From positions 45,082-109,081 of the forward strand of contig CAYWDM010000001.1 of assembly GCA_964457085.1 (NCBI GenBank): 64,000 nucleotides of DNA. Direction: 5' to 3'. The position numbers and the translations under genes are program-made. The stretch comes from an uncultured Pseudomonadales bacterium (GTDB lineage: Bacteria > Patescibacteriota > Microgenomatia > UBA1400 > PJMF01). The notes under the pieces were generated by a model, which was given only the letters and a program-made list of their open reading frames with translations, was not told the DNA's origin and made no database searches. Each line of letters opens with the position of its first letter. Positions within the stretch are counted from its first letter, which is position 1. Shown here piece by piece: positions 57,961 to 64,000 of the stretch.

Positions 57961-59232
57961 ATGGCGGTCGATACTTCCACCACCAAAGACACCCCCCAAA
58001 CCCTGCCACCTCGGCTGCGTTTTGCCATTGACGGAAACGAAGCTAATGTCAGCAATCGTGTCGGCAGCAATGTCTATGCCTTTGAAATAGTTCGACATCT
58101 TGAGTTGATTACTCGCAACCGACCTGATATCAGCAGCACCATATTATTATCTGCTCCTCCACAAGAACACCTACCCACAGCCCGAGTTGGTTGGGAGTAT
58201 TTAGTTGTTTCACCATCCCGACTCTGGACGCAGTGGGCCCTACCGATTCACATCTTTTGGCATAAAGCTGACTACGATGTGTTGTTTACTCCAGGCCATT
58301 ATGGTCCTCGATTCTCTTCCATTCCCTACGTGAGTTCGGTAATGGATCTGGCATTTCTCAAATTTCCTGATGATTTTAAAATGAGTGATTTACTGCAGTT
58401 GAAAGCATGGACCGAATATAGCGTTAAGCGAGCAGCTACTGTTGTTGCCATTAGCGAATTCACCAAAAAAGAAATCGTTCGCTATTACAATAAATCCCAA
58501 AAAGATATTGTTGTCGCATATCCAGATATTTCTCTAAAACCAAAGTATAGCTTTAAACGCTTCGTGCACTTTTTGAAAGCTCACCAAATCACCGGTCCAT
58601 ATATCCTCAGTGTCGGCACTATCCAACCTAGAAAAAATCTCATTCGTCTAATCGAGGCTTTTGAAAATATTGCCGATGACATCACTATCAGCAAATCAAT
58701 CCCACAGCCACTGTTGGCAAAGAAGTCGATCCGCAACGTCTTAGCAGGCAAACAGAAATCCAAACCAGCAGAACCGCTAAAATTAGTTTTGGCTGGCAAA
58801 ATTGGTTGGTTGGCAGAAGAAATTCTCCAAAAAATCAACCAATCACCACTAAAGGATCGAATCATCATGACCGGATTTGTGCCTGATGACCTCAAATCAC
58901 CGCTCTATGAGCATAGTGTCTGTACTGCCATGGTCAGTCCCTACGAAGGTTTTGGCATTCCAGCGTTGGAAGCTATGGCCAGCGGTGGCATTGCTATGGT
59001 CGCCAACACCGCCAGTCTACCGGAAGTAGTGGGAGATGCCGGCATTTTGGTCAATCCCAACAACGCCGGCTCCATTGCCAATGGCTTACTCCAAACACTA
59101 CACTTGACCGCCAAAGAACGTTCTCGTTTAATCAAGCTCGGGCAACTGCAGTGCTCCAAATTTAGTTGGCAGCAATCTGCTACTGCGATATTGCAGATTC
59201 TAGAATCACTGGCCGACAAATCTCTGACATGA
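57961..59232 (+). CDS. GT4 glycosyltransferase (MtfB-like)
   Basis: VGSNVY, VMDLA, VGTIQPRKN, YEGFGIPALEAM, SLPEV. Confidence 0.92.
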   Translation: MAVDTSTTKDTPQTLPPRLRFAIDGNEANVSNRVGSNVYAFEIVRHLELITRNRPDISSTILLSAPPQEHLPTARVGWEYLVVSPSRLWTQWALPIHIFWHKADYDVLFTPGHYGPRFSSIPYVSSVMDLAFLKFPDDFKMSDLLQLKAWTEYSVKRAATVVAISEFTKKEIVRYYNKSQKDIVVAYPDISLKPKYSFKRFVHFLKAHQITGPYILSVGTIQPRKNLIRLIEAFENIADDITISKSIPQPLLAKKSIRNVLAGKQKSKPAEPLKLVLAGKIGWLAEEILQKINQSPLKDRIIMTGFVPDDLKSPLYEHSVCTAMVSPYEGFGIPALEAMASGGIAMVANTASLPEVVGDAGILVNPNNAGSIANGLLQTLHLTAKERSRLIKLGQLQCSKFSWQQSATAILQILESLADKSLT

Positions 59233-59738
59233 CGGCTGCCACACCCACTACCATTATCGGCATTGACCCTGGATATGATCGACTTGGCTGGGCAATTGGC
59301 CAACTCGATACCCACAAACACTGGACTAGTATCGACTATGGCTGCATCCAAACAGATGCAAAACAAACAATTTTTGAACGATATCGTGAAATCCAAACTG
59401 AACTAACTGCATTACTTGAGGAATTTCATCCTAATACTGCAGGTATTGAAGCCGTGTTCTTTAGCAACAATCAAAAAACTGCTATGCGCGTCAGCGAAGT
59501 ACGAGGACTCATCATCAGCGAGTTGCTGCGAAATCAAGTAACAGTCTGTGAATTTACCCCAAATCAAATCAAACAAGCAGTTACTGGTTTTGGCAGTGCT
59601 GATAAGACTGCAGTTGCGAAAATGGTACAAAGTACGTTACAACTAGAGCATATCGCTGTGGTCGATGACGCCATGGATGCCTTGGCGACACTCATCACCT
59701 GTCAATCTTGGCTCGGAAAACCACCTCCACAGCTCTAA
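59229..59738 (+). CDS. ruvC: Holliday junction resolvase
   Basis: IGIDPG, GIEAVFF..N, RG, TPNQIKQAVTGFGSADK, DDAMDAL. Confidence 0.93.
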   Translation: MTAATPTTIIGIDPGYDRLGWAIGQLDTHKHWTSIDYGCIQTDAKQTIFERYREIQTELTALLEEFHPNTAGIEAVFFSNNQKTAMRVSEVRGLIISELLRNQVTVCEFTPNQIKQAVTGFGSADKTAVAKMVQSTLQLEHIAVVDDAMDALATLITCQSWLGKPPPQL

Positions 59739-59745
59739 ACAAAGC

Positions 59746-60318
59746 ATGATCGCATTTATTACCGGACGGTCTGAAGTTTTATCTGATCAAGTTATTATTC
59801 ATACCGCAAGCGGGGTAGGGTATGGCGTGACTGTAGGTAGTCGACTAGCGGCCAAACTAAGCACGCAGTTAGATTCCTCTCTGTATATCCACACTTTTGT
59901 GAAGGAAGATCGCTTAGAGCTCTATGGTTTCGCCACTATTGAAGAAAAAAGACTATTTACTACCGTGCTTGATGTCTCAGGTGTCGGACCAAAAACTGCC
60001 ATCGCTCTCATTGATGCAGGAGCCGATCGACTGATTACCAGTGTCCAGCAAGCAGATTTAAGTTTTTTCACCTCTGTACCTAGAGTCGGCAAAAAACTTG
60101 GCCAAAAAATCATCATTGAACTCACTTCGAAACTAGGCAGTCTGAAACAACTTGACTTAGGGCCAGTCTCACCCCAAAAACAAGACGTGATCGATGCACT
60201 CACTAACCTTGGCTTTACGCCAGAGCTAGCTGCAGATGCAGTCAGTCAAATCCCAGTTGATGAACTGCCACTGGGTGCAGCCATTAAAGCTGCCGTTAAA
60301 ATTGCTGGTAAAGTGTAA
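59746..60318 (+). CDS. ruvA: Holliday junction branch-migration DNA-binding subunit
   Basis: MIAFITG, GVGY, VKED..LYGF, VSGVGPKTA, VPRVGKK...IIIEL, AL..LGF. Confidence 0.93.
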   Translation: MIAFITGRSEVLSDQVIIHTASGVGYGVTVGSRLAAKLSTQLDSSLYIHTFVKEDRLELYGFATIEEKRLFTTVLDVSGVGPKTAIALIDAGADRLITSVQQADLSFFTSVPRVGKKLGQKIIIELTSKLGSLKQLDLGPVSPQKQDVIDALTNLGFTPELAADAVSQIPVDELPLGAAIKAAVKIAGKV

Positions 60319-60328
60319 TTGAATTACT

Positions 60329-61384
60329 ATGAATCAACGTTTTCATCATCAGCCAGTTCCACCAAAACCACCTGTGACATCTGTTGTCCAAGAGCTGGTC
60401 AGCAAACCATCTCCAGATGAGGAAATGCTGTTCACTTCTCTTCGAGCCCAGAGTTGGGACGATTTTTCGGGGCAAGCCACGGTCAAAAAATCACTCCGAA
60501 TTGCTATTGGTGCTACTAAAAAACGTCATGAGCCACTTGATCACATTTTACTGTATGGCCCTCCAGGTCTAGGCAAAACTACGCTGTCACATTTGGTGGC
60601 AAAAGAGCTTGGCTGTGCCATCAAAATCACTTCAGGCACTGCACTTGCCAAAGCCGGTGACTTAGCGGCCATTCTCACGAACCTTGAAGATGGCGATATT
60701 TTGTTTGTCGATGAGATTCACCGACTACCCAAGATTGTAGAAGAAACACTCTATCCAGCTATGGAAGACTATGCTCTTGATATTGTCATTGGCAAAGGTC
60801 CATCAGCCCGAACTGTAAGACTCGATTTACCTAAGTTCACCTTAATTGGTGCCACTACTCGATTTGGTCTACTAACCGGACCATTTAGAGATCGGTTTGG
60901 AATCATCCACCGTCTTGAATTCTATCAACCTGAAGGTTTGGTTGAGATCATTGGCCAAGCAGCCAAACGGCTCTCGTTTACACTCAGTGCAGACGCTGCT
61001 CTTGCAGTTGCCAAACGTGCTCGAGGTACACCTCGAATTGCATTGAAATTACTCAAGCGAGTGCGAGATTTTGCGGAAGTCCAAGAACAAACAAAAGTAA
61101 CTGACGATACCGTAATTGCTGCTCTATTATTACTGGCCATCGATGAATTGGGACTTGATGAAAATGACCGACAATTTTTATCACTTTTGATCACTAAGCA
61201 TGATGGTGGGCCGGTGGGACTCTCAACGATTGCTGCCACAGTTCGCGAGGATCAAGGCACTATCGAAGAAGTTGTGGAGCCATACCTAATGCAGATTGGC
61301 TTCATGAAGCGAACTAGCCAAGGTAGAGTGGTGACCCCAGCGGCATATCATCATCTGGGATTTCCAACTCCCAAAAATATTTAA
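60329..61384 (+). CDS. ruvB: Holliday junction branch-migration helicase
   Basis: GPPGLGKTT, FVDEIHR, LYPAMED, GATTR, RGTPRIA, GGPVG, EPYL. Confidence 0.97.
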   Translation: MNQRFHHQPVPPKPPVTSVVQELVSKPSPDEEMLFTSLRAQSWDDFSGQATVKKSLRIAIGATKKRHEPLDHILLYGPPGLGKTTLSHLVAKELGCAIKITSGTALAKAGDLAAILTNLEDGDILFVDEIHRLPKIVEETLYPAMEDYALDIVIGKGPSARTVRLDLPKFTLIGATTRFGLLTGPFRDRFGIIHRLEFYQPEGLVEIIGQAAKRLSFTLSADAALAVAKRARGTPRIALKLLKRVRDFAEVQEQTKVTDDTVIAALLLLAIDELGLDENDRQFLSLLITKHDGGPVGLSTIAATVREDQGTIEEVVEPYLMQIGFMKRTSQGRVVTPAAYHHLGFPTPKNI

Positions 61385-62466
61385 TTAGCACTCCATTTGT
61401 CAATTTTTGTCCAAATTGTTTCCCATTTATAAAGGTGTACTCCTTTTTGTACAAATCCCCATTTTGGCTCTCTCAGCAACTCATTAAATAATATCTGAGC
61501 ACCTTCTTGGTGCATTAATTTCCCTGGATGGGCTTCAGTTTGTGACACAGGCTTCCAGTTGCCCCAATCTTCGACATTAAGACCAAAGATTACTCCATCT
61601 GCCTGATGTACCAATTTTTCATACTCTTTCATTACAAAACTTTGATTTACATGATTAATGTCATCATAGGTAGCACACCAATCGTGACCACCAAAACTAT
61701 TGAAATTAAAGAACATCACTTTTCTGTTGGTTTGGATGTCTTTCACAAATTCCTGCATGTAACAATAATTTGCATATGACTCGGATAGGGTAATTTGTGT
61801 GTGTCGACCTATGATTGTTTCCCAGCTACTACTCTCAGGAGAAAACTGTTCCCAAAATTCTGGTTGAGTGCAGATTTTTCGCAGCCGTTCATGTATTTGA
61901 TCCTCTCCTGGATATTTGTCTGAAGGCGACTCAAAATCATTCCAAACCATACCTACGATATATAAATCTGGTTTTAAATAACGCTCTGCAGCCTCAAAAT
62001 TCGCATAATATTCAAGTCCGTCATCAGCCAACTGAGCAAAGGAATACACCTTGGTGGGACGAACTATATTCATTCTTTGTTCAAGCAAAGTTGTGATTCG
62101 TTCGGTTTCCAAAACACCAATGCCATATACATATGAATCCCCAATGAAAGCAACTTTAAACACTTTTGAGTTATATTTTTCTGGATAATCAGTATTTTCA
62201 GCCACATGCTTCCACAAAGTCCGCAGATCTTTGAGTCGATGCTCAACTAAAAATGGTAGCTTGCCTGCACCAAGCAAGTTATAGGTTTTTTCCTCTGGTA
62301 CGTATCCATATGCTGACCATTTTTGATAAATTACCTTGTCAAAATGCTCAAGTTCAATTTTTCTAACTCCAAAAAATACCGCCACTCCAACCGAGAGTAA
62401 TAAAACGGTAAATTTTAAAACAAAACCCAATAGTGTCCTCTTATATTTAATTAATAAATTTGCCAT
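61381..62466 (-). CDS. Membrane-anchored SGNH/GDSL hydrolase-like protein
   Basis: N-terminal TM; block I AFIGDSYVYG, block III G..WND, C-terminal EAHP. Confidence 0.65.
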   Translation of the reverse strand: MANLLIKYKRTLLGFVLKFTVLLLSVGVAVFFGVRKIELEHFDKVIYQKWSAYGYVPEEKTYNLLGAGKLPFLVEHRLKDLRTLWKHVAENTDYPEKYNSKVFKVAFIGDSYVYGIGVLETERITTLLEQRMNIVRPTKVYSFAQLADDGLEYYANFEAAERYLKPDLYIVGMVWNDFESPSDKYPGEDQIHERLRKICTQPEFWEQFSPESSSWETIIGRHTQITLSESYANYCYMQEFVKDIQTNRKVMFFNFNSFGGHDWCATYDDINHVNQSFVMKEYEKLVHQADGVIFGLNVEDWGNWKPVSQTEAHPGKLMHQEGAQILFNELLREPKWGFVQKGVHLYKWETIWTKIDKWSAN

Positions 62467-62531
62467 AAAACATCCGAATATAGTCAAGATACTATCCTAT
62501 CGGGTATACTGCTTGTCAAGGTAGCTTTTTT

Positions 62532-63158
62532 ATGTCTATTTTTGTCGACAAACACGGACGTCACTTGAGCAACGATGAAGCTTTTTCTAGAATAGTGATT
62601 AGATTTCAAACTATTTGGCTGGAAATAGTGACCGGCTGGTTGTGGTGGGGCGTCGGCTCAATTCCATTTCATAGTCTGCGAATTTTTTTCTATACTCTAG
62701 CAGGCATGGAACTGGGCAAAGGTTCAACCATTCATATGCAAGCCAGAATCTATGATCCCAGACACATTCGCATTGGTGAGGATACCTTAATCGGCGAAAA
62801 AGCCACTCTCGATGGTCGCAAACAACTTCCAAACTCAAAAGGTGGCCTTACCATCGGAAATCATGTAGATATCGCCTCAGAAGTGATGATCTGGACCAGT
62901 GAACATGACATCCATTCAGCAGACATGCATGCTATAGAACAAGCCGTAGTAATTGAAGATTATGTTTTTATTGGGCCACGAGCCATCATTTTGCCTGGAG
63001 TTACGATTGGACGTGGGGCAATTATTGCCGCTGGTGCAGTTGTTACCAAATCAGTCGAGCCTGGAGATATCGTGGCTGGCACACCTGCCAAACCAATTGC
63101 CAAAAGACAACAAACTCAATTTTCATATCGATTAGGTAGACCAAGATTTTTTCAATAA
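62532..63158 (+). CDS. Hexapeptide-repeat (LbH) sugar O-acyltransferase
   Basis: IRIGEDTLIG, LTIGNHVDI, VIEDYVFIG..AIILPGVTIG.GAIIAAGAVVTK.V....IVAG.PA. Confidence 0.9.
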   Translation: MSIFVDKHGRHLSNDEAFSRIVIRFQTIWLEIVTGWLWWGVGSIPFHSLRIFFYTLAGMELGKGSTIHMQARIYDPRHIRIGEDTLIGEKATLDGRKQLPNSKGGLTIGNHVDIASEVMIWTSEHDIHSADMHAIEQAVVIEDYVFIGPRAIILPGVTIGRGAIIAAGAVVTKSVEPGDIVAGTPAKPIAKRQQTQFSYRLGRPRFFQ

Positions 63159-63166
63159 ACGTATTT

Positions 63167-64000
63167 ATGCCAAGAAATCCCATCGTCCTCTCAATCATTG
63201 TTGTTTCTTACAATACTAAAGAACTAACCCTCCAAACCCTTAAATCAGCAATCACTGACATCCATCACAGTCGACTGCTGCACGGTAAAACTGAAATATT
63301 TTTAGTTGATAATAATTCACATGACGGTTCTCCAGCTGCTTGCCAGGCATTGTTTGAAGAGTTGCATTTTCCTCATTTTCAGGTCTTCGCCAATACCGAT
63401 AATCTAGGTTTTGCCAAAGCAAATAATCAGGCTGCAGAACAGTCTCATGGTGAGTTCGTGCTGTTACTCAATTCGGATACCATTACCCATTCCGGTGCTT
63501 TAGAAACTCTAGTCAAGACATTCCAAGAACACCCCATCCAAGATGAAACAGCGTTTGCTACAAACTCAACTGCAACTGATCGACTGGGAATGCTGACTCC
63601 AAAGTTGCACAACCCAGATGGCTCATGGCAACGACAGGGTGGTGATCTGCCAACTCTATTCAGCATATTTGCTCAAATGAGCCTTATAGACGACATTCCA
63701 CTCATCGGTGGCTTATTACCCTCAACTCAACATACTGGCCAACACGGCCTCAATCTTGAGCATGACGAATCAGATATCGTACCCCTAGGTTGGATCGCAG
63801 GCACAGCTCTGATGATTCGCCGCAGCATGGCAGAGGAAATCGGCTGGCTGGACGGTAATATTTTTATGTATGGTGAAGATATGGAATATTGCCTCCGTGC
63901 CAAAAATCACCACTGGGATGTGGCCATTCAACCAAAAGCAATTATCACTCACTATGGCTGTGCCAGTTCATCTTCAGAAAATGCTATTCTTGGTGAGGTG
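63167..64000 (+). CDS. GT2 glycosyltransferase (WbbL-like), truncated by window end
   Basis: Manual translation MPRNPIVLSIIVVSYNT...VDNNSHDGS...NLGFAKANN...LLNSD...FMYGEDMEYC; open to the window edge. Confidence 0.88.
   Translation, partial: MPRNPIVLSIIVVSYNTKELTLQTLKSAITDIHHSRLLHGKTEIFLVDNNSHDGSPAACQALFEELHFPHFQVFANTDNLGFAKANNQAAEQSHGEFVLLLNSDTITHSGALETLVKTFQEHPIQDETAFATNSTATDRLGMLTPKLHNPDGSWQRQGGDLPTLFSIFAQMSLIDDIPLIGGLLPSTQHTGQHGLNLEHDESDIVPLGWIAGTALMIRRSMAEEIGWLDGNIFMYGEDMEYCLRAKNHHWDVAIQPKAIITHYGCASSSSENAILGEV

Noticed and set aside
59229-59738. RuvC as a possible Cas/TnpB-type nuclease
   Set aside because: Stand-alone ~170-aa canonical RuvC in a ruvCAB operon; no CRISPR repeats or transposon ends seen.
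423-63666. Numerous 60-143 aa ORFs nested in or antisense to long genes (e.g. 5653-6021, 52432-52863, 58941-59396, 63445-63666)
   Set aside because: Shadow frames of well-supported genes with no motifs of their own.
1-64000. Alternative genetic code (TGA recoding as in some CPR lineages)
   Set aside because: Long genes are intact under code 11 and several end in TGA with coupled downstream starts (e.g. 22126, 25619, 59232).
1-64000. tRNA, rRNA or CRISPR arrays
   Set aside because: Intergenic gaps are short; none showed a cloverleaf, rRNA-like sequence or regularly spaced repeats on manual reading.

Overview
Bacterial DNA (code 11; TGA is used as a stop). Gene content, tight packing and short or leaderless starts suggest a CPR/Patescibacteria (Microgenomates-like) organism; this is inference, not a database result. 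Almost the whole window is a surface-glycan supercluster. It holds rmlB, an rmlD-like gene, an LCP ligase, a Wzx flippase, Wzm/Wzt, about 13 polytopic GT-C-type glycosyltransferases, 8 GT2 and 7 GT4 genes, an epimerase, UDP-xylose synthase, WecD/WecE, four methyltransferases, an acyltransferase and an SGNH protein. Housekeeping genes (trmD end, argS, ruvCAB) are embedded in it. An AT-rich variable region (~32.4-49.6 kb) is anchored on wzt: a decayed copy of the wzt promoter and 5' end lies 6.1 kb upstream of the intact wzt, and base composition changes inside the intact gene. Other features are a helical motif shared by an orphan ORF and a FkbM methyltransferase, a LAB_N-methyltransferase fusion, a promoter-terminator leader before a truncated NYN RNase, and an unannotated 32-aa membrane peptide. 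No rRNA, tRNA, CRISPR array, transposase or integrase was recognised.
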